Positions 10,968 through 21,054 of a stretch of DNA of 64,000 nucleotides are shown here, piece by piece; position 1 is the first letter of the stretch; each line of letters starts with the position of its first letter. This DNA is from Minisyncoccota bacterium (GTDB lineage Bacteria; Patescibacteriota; Minisyncoccia; Phycocordibacterales; CAIZLB01), in NCBI GenBank assembly GCA_021734945.1, contig JAIPIA010000003.1:92895-156894 (forward strand), read 5' to 3'. The notes under the pieces are model-generated. The model was not told the DNA's origin, did not search any database, and worked only from the letters and a program-made list of their open reading frames with translations. Position numbers and translations under genes: made by a program.

Positions 10968-11726
10968 ATGAAAAAAACTGTAAAGAAACTAATCAGAATT
11001 ATTCAGACTCCGTTTATTTTAAATGACTGGATGAAGTACAAAAGAATCGTAACAAGAGATTCAAAGGAAGGTAAAGCTACTAGATTTACTCTAAAATTTA
11101 GAGATACATACCCTTTTATAAGAGATAAGACCATGATGACTGGTTTTGATAGACATTACGTATTTCACACATCTTGGGCAGCTAGAAAAGTAAAGGAGAT
11201 CAATCCAATATTTCACACAGACATATCTTCAAGTCTATACTTTTGCGGAATAGTATCAGCTTTTGTTCCTGTAAAATTTTATGACTATCGTCCTGCAGAA
11301 TTGAATTTAACGAACCTAGAAAGCAGCCGTGGGGACCTTATGAACTTGCCTTTTGATGACAATAGTATTGATTCAATATCATGTATGCACACTATTGAAC
11401 ATATTGGACTAGGACGCTACGGAGACCCTTTAGATACTGAAGCAGACTTAAAGGCTATCAAGGAGCTCATTCGAGTTACAAAACCAGGTGGATCAATACT
11501 TTTTGTAACGCCTCTTGGTGGTGTAGCGAAGATTGAATATAATGCACACAGAATATATACATACGACTATATTTTAGAATACTTCAAAGATCTTGATTTA
11601 GCTGAGTTCTCTCTCATTCCTGAATACGCAAAAGATGGAGGAATAATTACTCATGCAACAAAGGCACAAGCTGACAAAGAAAATTACGGATGTGGATGCT
11701 TTTGGTTTAAGAAAAAGTCACTCTAA
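10968..11726 (+). CDS. DUF268-like / class I SAM methyltransferase
   Basis: SCMHTIEHIGLGRYGDPLD, RVTKPGG, NAHRIY motifs. Confidence 0.75.
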   Translation: MKKTVKKLIRIIQTPFILNDWMKYKRIVTRDSKEGKATRFTLKFRDTYPFIRDKTMMTGFDRHYVFHTSWAARKVKEINPIFHTDISSSLYFCGIVSAFVPVKFYDYRPAELNLTNLESSRGDLMNLPFDDNSIDSISCMHTIEHIGLGRYGDPLDTEADLKAIKELIRVTKPGGSILFVTPLGGVAKIEYNAHRIYTYDYILEYFKDLDLAEFSLIPEYAKDGGIITHATKAQADKENYGCGCFWFKKKSL

Positions 11727-11756
11727 CCGAAATTATTCAAAAAATAACCAAATTTT

Positions 11757-12806
11757 ATGAAAAAAGCACTCGTTACAGGTTCAGCAGGATTGATAGGATC
11801 AGAAGCTACAAAATTTTTAATTGGAAAAGGATTTATTGTTGTTGGAATAGACAACAATATGCGGCAATATTTTTTTGGAGAAGAAGCAAGTACAGAATGG
11901 AATAAGACGAGACTCCAAAACGAATACGCAGAAAAATATGTCCACAACAATGTAGATATTAGAAACAATGATGAAATTGAAAAGATATTTAAAGAACACA
12001 CTTTTGAACTAATTATTCACACAGCAGCGCAACCTTCTCACGATTGGGCAGCAAAAGAACCATTTACAGATTTTTCAGTAAATGCAAATGGAACTCTCGT
12101 ACTCTTAGAAAATTTTAAAAAGTATTCCCCTACTGCTACATTCATTTTTACATCTACAAATAAGGTATACGGAGATACTCCAAACAAACTTCCTTTAGTA
12201 GAACTCGACAAAAGATTTGAAATTGACCAATCACATCCATTTAAAGATGGGATCGATGAGACTATGAGTATAGATAATACAAAGCATAGTCTTTTTGGTG
12301 CATCAAAAGTTGCAGCCGATATACTAGTTCAAGAGTATGGTAAATACTTCAACCTCAATACTGGAGTTTTTAGAGGTGGATGTCTCACAGGACCAAATCA
12401 CAGCGGAACTCAACTTCATGGTTTTCTTTCATATCTCGTAAAATGTATTGTGACAAGTAAGGAATATACAATTTTTGGTTACAAGGGTAAACAAGTTCGA
12501 GACAATATTCACAGTTTCGATCTCGTGAATATGTTTTGGCATTACCATAACAATCCTAAACAAGGAGAAGTTTATAATGTTGGAGGTGCGAGAAATTCAA
12601 ATATTTCTATGCTGGAAGCAATTGAGAAAATAGAGAACATTACTGGAAAAAAAGCTAACTACAAGTACGTAGACAAAAATCGTGAAGGTGACCATATTTG
12701 GTATGTCTCAGATGTAAGTAAATTTAAAAAAGATTATCCTGAATGGAATTTTACATATGATATAGACATGATTTTGGAGGAGATTTGCAAAAGCCAACTC
12801 AAATAG
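11757..12806 (+). CDS. NAD-dependent sugar epimerase, CDP-paratose 2-epimerase-like
   Basis: [33 protein letters not shown] motifs. Confidence 0.85.
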   Translation: MKKALVTGSAGLIGSEATKFLIGKGFIVVGIDNNMRQYFFGEEASTEWNKTRLQNEYAEKYVHNNVDIRNNDEIEKIFKEHTFELIIHTAAQPSHDWAAKEPFTDFSVNANGTLVLLENFKKYSPTATFIFTSTNKVYGDTPNKLPLVELDKRFEIDQSHPFKDGIDETMSIDNTKHSLFGASKVAADILVQEYGKYFNLNTGVFRGGCLTGPNHSGTQLHGFLSYLVKCIVTSKEYTIFGYKGKQVRDNIHSFDLVNMFWHYHNNPKQGEVYNVGGARNSNISMLEAIEKIENITGKKANYKYVDKNREGDHIWYVSDVSKFKKDYPEWNFTYDIDMILEEICKSQLK

Positions 12807-12818
12807 TACACTTTGTAC

Positions 12819-13736
12819 ATGATAATTCTCAAAGTAAAAGCAGGGCTTGGAAATCAAATGTTTCAGTACGCGTATGCAAAAGCTCGTGCTATCAGGAGCG
12901 GAGTTGAACTTAAAATTGATTTATCTTGGTTTGATAATCAACCAAAAAGGGATACATTTCGATATTACGGATTGAATCACTTTAATATTTCTTCGGACAC
13001 ATTCAAGGATATGAGAACAATATCCCCTTTCAAAAAACTTCTAACTCGTATTTATAAAAAGGCCCTCAGAATTATTTCAGATGAAAGTGATTATGTGTAT
13101 TACCCTAGATTAGCTAAGCCCGTTTCAAAATCAAAAGATGTGACTGTTGAAGGTTATTGGAATACAGAAAAATATTTCGCAGAAATACGGGACACACTCA
13201 AAAAGGAGTTTACTCTAAAAGAGGCCCTCCGCACTGAAGCAAAAGGTGCTGAAAAAGAAATATATGAATCAGCACAAAGTGGAGAAATCCCAGTATTGAT
13301 TTTAGTGCGTCGAGGAGACTATGTATCAAATATACATACAAAGTCTTTTCATGGAGCCATGCAAACAGATTATTTTTCAGAATCTATCAGTCGAATGATT
13401 AAGGAGCTTGGTGAGGATGCTAACAAAATACATTTCTTTATAACTACAGACGACACACCTTGGGTAAAAGAAAACATTACTTCAGATATTCTGATGAATA
13501 AACCTTTCACTTTTATTTCTCGACCTGGAGTACTAGACTATGAAGAACTATATCTCATGTCACTCTGCCATCATTTTATACTTTCAAATAGTACTTTTTG
13601 TTGGTGGGCTGCATGGTTGTCAGAAGCTGTAGAAAAATCTGGGTCAAAGAAAGTTGTCATAGGACCAAAACAGTGGGTAGCAAATCCAAAAGTTGATACT
13701 CGAGATGTTATGCCAGAGGAGTGGATTCGAATTTAG
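12819..13736 (+). CDS. Alpha-1,2-fucosyltransferase (GT11)
   Basis: GLGNQMFQYA, VRRGDY, NSTFCWWAAWL, P.EWIRI motifs. Confidence 0.9.
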   Translation: MIILKVKAGLGNQMFQYAYAKARAIRSGVELKIDLSWFDNQPKRDTFRYYGLNHFNISSDTFKDMRTISPFKKLLTRIYKKALRIISDESDYVYYPRLAKPVSKSKDVTVEGYWNTEKYFAEIRDTLKKEFTLKEALRTEAKGAEKEIYESAQSGEIPVLILVRRGDYVSNIHTKSFHGAMQTDYFSESISRMIKELGEDANKIHFFITTDDTPWVKENITSDILMNKPFTFISRPGVLDYEELYLMSLCHHFILSNSTFCWWAAWLSEAVEKSGSKKVVIGPKQWVANPKVDTRDVMPEEWIRI

Positions 13737-13772
13737 TTTACAAAGCATCTTATCTAACCTACACTTACCGTA

Positions 13773-14621
13773 ATGATTTCTGTAATAATTGCAACAAAAA
13801 ATGGTGAGAAATACATTGCTCGAGCGATTAAAAATGCACTTGAGCAAAGTGTTGCCCTAAAGAACCTGGCTAATCCTTCTGAGTTTGCTGGATTTGAGAT
13901 TGTTGTAGTTTCTGATGGAAGCACTGACACTACTGCTCAGATTGTAAGAGAGCTCAGTGCTATTGATTCTCGAGTAAGACTAATCGAGCTTAAGGAAAAT
14001 GTGGGGCCGGGACTGGCTCGTAATCTCGCTATACTTGGCGGACCAATTCCAAATTCATCTATTTCCCCTATTAAAAATAAATTTGTGGCAATACTTGATG
14101 ACGATGATCTTTGGCAAAATCCAAAAAAACTTGAGAATCAAATTAAGTATCTTGAAGAGAACCCTGACATTGTTTTAGTAGGTTCAAAGAAAACTGAATT
14201 TACTAGAGAGAACGGCGAGCATCTACGATGGATTATTAATCAATCAGATCCTAACATTATAAGAAGCAACATGCTTTCTTATAATCCAGTTATTACTTCT
14301 TCAGTAGTATTTCGAACAAATATATTTACAGAAGTTGAGGGTTTTAAAGCAATGTATCTTGCAGAAGACTATGACCTATGGCTCCGTATGGGATTACATG
14401 GAAATATTTCAAATGTAGAAGAAACTGAAACAACATACACCATGCGTGATGGTGGAGCTTCAAAATCTCGGCAAATTGAGATGGCAGAAGTCGTACTTAG
14501 ACTTGCAAAAGAATACAGACATCAATACCCTCATGCATGGAGAGCTATCTTAAAAGGCTATTCACGAATAGTACTCACTTATTGGAAACTTATTAAGAAA
14601 GGGAAAAATCCGTTTAAGTAA
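13773..14621 (+). CDS. Family 2 glycosyltransferase
   Basis: ISVIIATKN, DGSTD, LDDDD, AEDYDLW motifs. Confidence 0.9.
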   Translation: MISVIIATKNGEKYIARAIKNALEQSVALKNLANPSEFAGFEIVVVSDGSTDTTAQIVRELSAIDSRVRLIELKENVGPGLARNLAILGGPIPNSSISPIKNKFVAILDDDDLWQNPKKLENQIKYLEENPDIVLVGSKKTEFTRENGEHLRWIINQSDPNIIRSNMLSYNPVITSSVVFRTNIFTEVEGFKAMYLAEDYDLWLRMGLHGNISNVEETETTYTMRDGGASKSRQIEMAEVVLRLAKEYRHQYPHAWRAILKGYSRIVLTYWKLIKKGKNPFK

Positions 14622-14623
14622 TT

Positions 14624-16984
14624 TTATTCAGCAAAAATATCTTTTAAATCTGACTCATTTACTTCTCGAATGTTTTTTACTGAATTAGATTCTTTATGCA
14701 TATCTTTTTTACTAAAAACTTCTTTTTCCACTTTTTCATCTAGAACATTTTTCGTCACATGAACACTCTGATTCATCGAACTATTTATACTTACAGGCTG
14801 TTGTTTATTTTCAGATGCAGGAGCAGGAGTTGACGAAGACACAGTGACTGACGGCACAGTCTGTGCCGTTGTCATTCCTTCATTTTTCATAACAGACAAT
14901 AGAGCTTCACGCAAAGCTGCAATATTTTCTGGCTTTGGAATTTTTTCAGGTTTAGGGGCAGGAGCTTCAGTCTTGAGATAACTGAGAGACATGGCTTTTC
15001 TGAGTTCACTTTCTCTTTCATTTCCAGTCTGCTGAAATTGTTGACTTGATTGCTGTCCAGACTGTCTTGCGTTTTGTGGTGATGTTCCATCTGTAGAACC
15101 AGAAACAATTTCCGACATAGCTCCTGATATAGTCCCTGACATACCCCCTGAGGCTATATTTTGGCTTCTTGGAGCACTATTTGCGGGACCCTGTGATGTA
15201 GGAGGCCCGCCCAATGAATCCTGTACATTTGGACGTGTATTGTTAAGACTTAAGCTTGAGCTTGTACTGCTTGAATTCGTGCTACTTGGAGTGGTTGAAG
15301 TAGCTCTATTTCTATCACTCACAGGGGCAGTACTCGCTGGACGAGAATCCCTACCTCCTCCTGAACTACTTCTATTTGAGCCTTGTGGAACACTCCCTCT
15401 ATATGAATTTTGTGATGATGACTGAGCGCTATTTACTGTTCTTCCATCACGTTGAGCACCTCCAGAACTTCGACTACCACTAAATGAACCACCGCCTTGA
15501 GATGAGCCTCTTGAACGATCGCTATTATTACCACCATTAGATGATGTACCATTTCCTCCTCCAGAAGCACCTCCGTTTGAGTTACCTCCGCTTGAAGCGC
15601 CATTTCCACCACTACCGTTTCCTCCACCTGAGTTACTTCCACCGCCCCCTGATGAACCACTGCTTCCCCCAAATTTCTTTTGTATCCACGCCAAAAGTTC
15701 ATCCTCTACTTGTTGTCGAGGTTTTGCATACAAAGCACGAGATGATGCCAAAATGTCATTTGTATAATTTATTTCGGAACGAGGAATAGGAGCCATCCCA
15801 GCTGCTGAAAATGGCGGTGAGGTTACACCATCTATCATAAGTTTGAGGTACATTTGATATTTTTGGAGAGCCACAATATCTTCAGCTAGAAAATGTGGAG
15901 CAAATTCTTTTTCCAAAATTTCGGCATCATAAGCACCAACTCGATATGTCACCATTGTACCCACGTTTCCAAACACAGCTGCTCGCACCTCTTCTGTCAT
16001 TTGCTCTATGTACTGATGAGCAATACTCAAACTCAACTTGTATTTTCGAGCTTCAGAAAGAATATCCGCAAATGATTCGTTTGCAAAAGATTGGAATTCA
16101 TCTACATAGAGATAAAAGTTTGGAGCAGCTTCAAGTTGCTTTTCATTGAGATCAGCTCTACTCATTGCACCAAGATAAATCTTGGTAATAAGCATTGAAC
16201 CAAGAAGGTTGGCATTTGCTTCACCTACTCTTCCCTTTGAGAGGTTGATGATGAGAATTTTTCTATTATCCATTACATCTCGAATATCAAAAGAAGACTT
16301 TGGCTGACCAATAATATTTCGAATAAGAGGGTTAGCAACAAATTGCCCTACCTTGTTTTGAATAGCAGGTGCAGCTTCGGCAGCAAACTTTTCGGTATAA
16401 TTTGCATATTCATTTACCCAAAAAGATTTTACTGACGGATCTGAAATATGATTCACCACTTCTTTACGAAAATCCTTATCTGTAAGCATTCGGTTTACTG
16501 CTACAAGTGTAGAACCAGGATACTCGAGGAGAGCGAGCATAATATTTCCAAGAATGTACTCCATACGCGCTGACCATGCGTCCACCCAAATCTTTTTGAA
16601 GGCAGACATCATTCCACTCGCCACGAGATATCTCTGTTCTGGACCAACGTCTTCCATTACATTGAAAGAAACTGGATACTCCATGTCAAAAGGAGCGAAG
16701 TAAATAACGTCTTTTATACGATGCTCTGGAACGTATTCGAGCAAGAGGTCAGCTGACTTTCCGTGTGGGTCAAGAAAGCAAAGTCCTTCTCCATTAAGAA
16801 TATCCTGTACGGCAAGGTTTTCGAGTAAAGTTGATTTACCCATACCCGTCTTACCGATAGCGTAGAGATGTTTTGCTCGGTCTTTTCTTTTTATACCAAA
16901 TCGAAGACGACGGTTTCGTGCGTCCGTTTCACCAAAATATGTTACCTGATCTTCATCATTGAGATGATCTAGTGATGGATTCAT
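14624..16984 (-). CDS. VirD4/TrwB-like coupling ATPase (CPR type) with a long low-complexity tail
   Basis: Walker A GKTGMGKS, DPHG, Walker B LYVDEFQ, LSEARKY, AHQYIEQ. Confidence 0.85.
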   Translation of the reverse strand: MNPSLDHLNDEDQVTYFGETDARNRRLRFGIKRKDRAKHLYAIGKTGMGKSTLLENLAVQDILNGEGLCFLDPHGKSADLLLEYVPEHRIKDVIYFAPFDMEYPVSFNVMEDVGPEQRYLVASGMMSAFKKIWVDAWSARMEYILGNIMLALLEYPGSTLVAVNRMLTDKDFRKEVVNHISDPSVKSFWVNEYANYTEKFAAEAAPAIQNKVGQFVANPLIRNIIGQPKSSFDIRDVMDNRKILIINLSKGRVGEANANLLGSMLITKIYLGAMSRADLNEKQLEAAPNFYLYVDEFQSFANESFADILSEARKYKLSLSIAHQYIEQMTEEVRAAVFGNVGTMVTYRVGAYDAEILEKEFAPHFLAEDIVALQKYQMYLKLMIDGVTSPPFSAAGMAPIPRSEINYTNDILASSRALYAKPRQQVEDELLAWIQKKFGGSSGSSGGGGSNSGGGNGSGGNGASSGGNSNGGASGGGNGTSSNGGNNSDRSRGSSQGGGSFSGSRSSGGAQRDGRTVNSAQSSSQNSYRGSVPQGSNRSSSGGGRDSRPASTAPVSDRNRATSTTPSSTNSSSTSSSLSLNNTRPNVQDSLGGPPTSQGPANSAPRSQNIASGGMSGTISGAMSEIVSGSTDGTSPQNARQSGQQSSQQFQQTGNERESELRKAMSLSYLKTEAPAPKPEKIPKPENIAALREALLSVMKNEGMTTAQTVPSVTVSSSTPAPASENKQQPVSINSSMNQSVHVTKNVLDEKVEKEVFSKKDMHKESNSVKNIREVNESDLKDIFAE

Positions 16985-17036
16985 AAGAGCTTTATGAAAA
17001 CATTATATATCAAAGTCGCAATACAGACTACACTAT

Positions 17037-17249
17037 TTAGTTAGATGTGGATGTTTCTGTAGAACTTTTTTTAGTTGCACTAGCTGAAATATTTGCAGGT
17101 GTAGATGCTACTTTTCGTGAATATGCTAACCATACCAATACAATAGCTGATACAGATACTGTTCTATTTTTCCATACATTTGGGAGCCCTAAAACTGGAA
17201 CAATTGCAATCCAAATACCTAAAATGATGATTATAGTTCGTTTTTTCAT
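17037..17249 (-). CDS. Small two-TM membrane protein
   Basis: Hydrophobic N-terminus, LG.P..WK pattern, TATAAT 9 nt upstream. Confidence 0.6.
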   Translation of the reverse strand: MKKRTIIIILGIWIAIVPVLGLPNVWKNRTVSVSAIVLVWLAYSRKVASTPANISASATKKSSTETSTSN

Positions 17250-17311
17250 TGGACTTTTATTATATCACTTTAAACGCTCTAACCAAGCGGTAAGGGAGGA
17301 TTAAAAAGAGC

Positions 17312-18478
17312 CTAACCTACACGCTGAATCAATAAGGTTGCTCGACTTGGCATACCTGAAACGTTTATTAGAGAAACATTGAATTCTGGATCTAAGTTAA
17401 AATCCTCGACAACTTTAATGTAAGCCTTACGTCTAGCATCATTACTCTCCATTATCCCAAAGACACTATCACCATCAATAGGAGAAGTACCATGCATAAT
17501 GTCATGCATACCTATTATTGGTAAATCGTATGGATATACACGAAAAGTACCTCCTGGGGCTAAAATCTTTTTTGCATTTTCAAATACACCCTCAATTTGC
17601 TTAGCATCCGGACAATAATAAGGGACACTGAATGTTGCCCAAATTTCGTCAACTTGTTCTACACCAGCTTCTCCCATAGATTTCAGTAGTTTTGGATCTC
17701 CAGCGGTGGTCTCTATTCTAGTATAGGGATTTGGAGTAGATACAAATCCATCTGCACGTATTACATGAGGATCAACATTTATAATAATTTCAGGTTGAAA
17801 ATCAACATAATTATATACCAAATCAATTACAGAACTACCTCCACCAAAGAGAGCTATTTTCTTTCCGTTTATTCTGCTTCTAATATATTCTTGTGCCCCT
17901 TCTATCGGCTGTCCTATAAACTCAAATTGAAACGCGGGTATTCCAAAAAGAACTCTAGTTATTGCACTGTCATCTAAGCCAAGCCTTTTATCTCCATAAC
18001 CAGATTTTATGAACGGTCGGGAAACATTAGTTCTTTCAAAAAAATCTTTACCAGGATTTTCTGGAATCGCCTGTATAGAAGCTCCCATTGCTGTTTGAAG
18101 AATTTGAGCCATACGCTCTCTCTTTTCAGAACTAAACGATTCTACCGGCGATGAATGTGCAACATTTAATACTGAAAACATTTCTTCAATATGAGGAAGA
18201 TTTATAGGAGCAGCGTACAATTGGTTGAGCCAACTACCAGTTGCAGTTCCACCAAGATTATTTAAAGAGAGACCGTCAATTTGTTTCTCTCGTGGTAATT
18301 TTTCAAATTCTTCTGATGTAATTTCACAGATAACCCTCTCTGCATATCTCACCATATATTCTTCATTCGATTGATCAGGTGACAGAGGCCGCTCAAATGA
18401 ATGAACAGACTCATGAGAAACCTCCCCTACTGGTAGTGCTTCTATATTTGGAAAACTCGAATCTGATGGTTCAAACAT
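17312..18478 (-). CDS. Hypothetical protein with a C-terminal SAM-methyltransferase-like domain
   Basis: IALFGGGSS, INVD, KKILAPGGTFRV motifs. Confidence 0.55.
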   Translation of the reverse strand: MFEPSDSSFPNIEALPVGEVSHESVHSFERPLSPDQSNEEYMVRYAERVICEITSEEFEKLPREKQIDGLSLNNLGGTATGSWLNQLYAAPINLPHIEEMFSVLNVAHSSPVESFSSEKRERMAQILQTAMGASIQAIPENPGKDFFERTNVSRPFIKSGYGDKRLGLDDSAITRVLFGIPAFQFEFIGQPIEGAQEYIRSRINGKKIALFGGGSSVIDLVYNYVDFQPEIIINVDPHVIRADGFVSTPNPYTRIETTAGDPKLLKSMGEAGVEQVDEIWATFSVPYYCPDAKQIEGVFENAKKILAPGGTFRVYPYDLPIIGMHDIMHGTSPIDGDSVFGIMESNDARRKAYIKVVEDFNLDPEFNVSLINVSGMPSRATLLIQRVG

Positions 18479-18487
18479 AGTTATAGT

Positions 18488-19240
18488 CTAATACTCCGCT
18501 GGTACACTAGAAAAACCGTCCTTTGTAATAATGACGTGATCCAAAAGATGTATACCAATAATCTTCCCTGCCTCTATAATCTGCTTCGTAATCTGAACAT
18601 CAGCAACACTTGGAGTTGCAATACCTGATGGATGGTTGTGTGCTAACACTACTGCCGCTGCATTGTATTCAAGAGCAGGACGAAATACTTCTCGTGCATG
18701 AACAATATTTGAATTGATAGTACCCATAGAAATAATCTCTTGATGAATTACCCGATTGTGAGTATCTAGATATAAACCTCGAAGTTGCTCTTTTGGTAAG
18801 TTTTGCATTTCTGATAGGAACTTGTATACATCTTCAGCTGTACGAATAACAGCAAGGCCAACATCATTTTTCTTGTATAGGCGTCGTCCTATCTCACTAC
18901 ATGCAATAACCTGACATGCTTTACCAATAGGTATATCGAGCTCCTCTGCCATAATAGATGGATCAATAGTCCCCGTAAGTGCACTGTTGCCGTATTCACG
19001 GACAATCTTTAGTGACATAGCTGTAACATCTTCTTTCTTTGTACCTGTATTTAAAATGACAGAAATAAGCTCCTGAAGTGAAAGGGCTTGGACACCCTGT
19101 TCAATAAGCTTTTCTCTCGGCTTATCATCTGTAGGTAAATCTCGCAATTTGAGCACATACTGACGAGCAGAACTTGCCATAGTATTCTCAAGACCGGTCG
19201 TCATAAGTAAATCACTGTTTGTAAGGGTATATGTTGTCAT
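18488..19240 (-). CDS. radC: RadC family JAB-domain protein
   Basis: PREKL...ELI..IL.TG, VHAREVF, AHNHPSG..PS..D, LLDHVII. Confidence 0.93.
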   Translation of the reverse strand: MTTYTLTNSDLLMTTGLENTMASSARQYVLKLRDLPTDDKPREKLIEQGVQALSLQELISVILNTGTKKEDVTAMSLKIVREYGNSALTGTIDPSIMAEELDIPIGKACQVIACSEIGRRLYKKNDVGLAVIRTAEDVYKFLSEMQNLPKEQLRGLYLDTHNRVIHQEIISMGTINSNIVHAREVFRPALEYNAAAVVLAHNHPSGIATPSVADVQITKQIIEAGKIIGIHLLDHVIITKDGFSSVPAEY

Positions 19241-19397
19241 GATAGCTCTATTATAATATGCATCTATTTATTTTTCTACATATGCATATATTATCTATAT
19301 ACTACGACGGGGTTCAAAGAATTATCAAGAAAGAATAAAGTTTTATACACTGCAAAACTGCCACACCTCTATTAAATCAAAATTATTTCACTTACGA

Positions 19398-20219
19398 CTA
19401 CTTTATATCAGTAAAAATCGTTGCATCTTTCATGAAACGTGCGATTGAAATCGGAGATGTACTAAAATCAACATCAGTAGAAATTGTATCATCACTAATC
19501 TGTAGCACCATATCGAGTGCTGGCTTTTTATTTTCACCAACTATATAGAAAGCCGCGTGGTCAACCCAATCTCGCATAAATGGAATTGTTGTAGAAATTC
19601 TTTGTGGAAATTCGTAGCCTTTTGCTCGAGCACTTCCCTCGTGTGCAACATCGTATGCAACAGCATCAAATGCTCCTACAAGTCTATCACCGTCATTGAA
19701 CTCAGCGTCGAACTCAGCTTGACTATAGAGACCAGGAATCATTCCACCAGTGTGTCCATCAGCACCCATTCCATAAAGAGCGATAATAATTCCCTTTGGA
19801 AAATCCTGTTTCCATTCTCGCAAGTTTTTCTCAAATCGAGCGCGATACATTTCAATAGTCTCATCTTCAAATGGTTCTGTACTAATACAAAAAGCATCTG
19901 CCTCTACGAGATGATTATAAAAAGAGAGAGACTGTAAAATTGAGAAATTATTTATATCCAACTCTGTAGAAAATCTATCATCTGTCGTTGTTACTGTGAG
20001 ATCAGGGCTGAGATATTCTGGATTAATGTGTTCTAGGGCAGCAACAGCAGAACCACCTGCAACGAGAAAAAGTACTGGCTGTTCTACATATTGAGTAAGG
20101 AGGTCGTTGAGATACTTCCCTACTTCTTTAGCAACCGTAGCGGAGTCAGCGAAACGTTCTACTTTGAGGCTTTTTCGATTTAAACTGACGTCAGTGTGAG
20201 AATGTGGATTTTGTGTCAT
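19398..20219 (-). CDS. 6-phosphogluconolactonase-like protein
   Basis: LVAGGS, DDR, GMGADGHT, RIST, VGENKK motifs. Confidence 0.75.
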   Translation of the reverse strand: MTQNPHSHTDVSLNRKSLKVERFADSATVAKEVGKYLNDLLTQYVEQPVLFLVAGGSAVAALEHINPEYLSPDLTVTTTDDRFSTELDINNFSILQSLSFYNHLVEADAFCISTEPFEDETIEMYRARFEKNLREWKQDFPKGIIIALYGMGADGHTGGMIPGLYSQAEFDAEFNDGDRLVGAFDAVAYDVAHEGSARAKGYEFPQRISTTIPFMRDWVDHAAFYIVGENKKPALDMVLQISDDTISTDVDFSTSPISIARFMKDATIFTDIK

Positions 20220-20357
20220 ATGGGAGTACTTTACCTTATTTACGAGAAAGAGCAAAAGCGGGAGTACCTTACAAATGAAGTAATTTAAAACCGCCCAGGC
20301 TAATCGCTTTTATACGACTAACAAGGGCGGTTCCGTAACATAATCACTTCGTAACAA

Positions 20358-20828
20358 CTACACTAACTGCTTCAGTGGTCCCAAAAGATGCATCTCTGCA
20401 AACTGGAGAAACAATCCAACTTCGAGTCTGAATTTTTTCTCCCAGTATTCGTAAAGTATTGATTTAGGAGAAGTCTCAGTAATGCGTGTATCGGTAGGAG
20501 CCGACACTCCATACTCAGAGTCAATCTTCACACCTTTATTAATACCTCGGCTTGACTGCCTGTCGAAGAATCTCGCAACATCTTCAAAGGAAGCTTTGTC
20601 CTCTTGAGTTAGTTGTCCAATACTTTGGTACAGGATACACAAACAAAAACAGAACTGAGTATCAACCCGAACAGCAACCATAGGATGATATCCGTGGATC
20701 ACCGTGTACTCGATTTCAGTCTGATTGAAGAGAAGTGCCTTGTCTTGCATCTGAAGACGCCCTACCATGTAAGAGTAGGCGTTTGCTAGAACTCTGTATG
20801 TAATGAGGCTGGGTTCGATCTGGAACAT
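20358..20828 (-). CDS. Hypothetical protein
   Basis: 156-aa ORF between terminators; no recognisable motif. Confidence 0.5.
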   Translation of the reverse strand: MFQIEPSLITYRVLANAYSYMVGRLQMQDKALLFNQTEIEYTVIHGYHPMVAVRVDTQFCFCLCILYQSIGQLTQEDKASFEDVARFFDRQSSRGINKGVKIDSEYGVSAPTDTRITETSPKSILYEYWEKKFRLEVGLFLQFAEMHLLGPLKQLV

Positions 20829-21054
20829 AAGTTTTTAAAGGAGGGGTTCTGGTTCAATTAATTTCGATTACACAATCAGACAACATTGGATGCTAGCTGA
20901 ATTATGGAATAGAAAATTTGGACCAAATCAATCTAAAAAATACCCAAATATTCAGACCTCATCAAAAGAACAATTGACCCCTTTTATATACCAAAAACCA
21001 CCTCGACGCAATGCCTGGTGGTTTTTGGATTTCTTTTGGTTTTCTAGATTTAAA

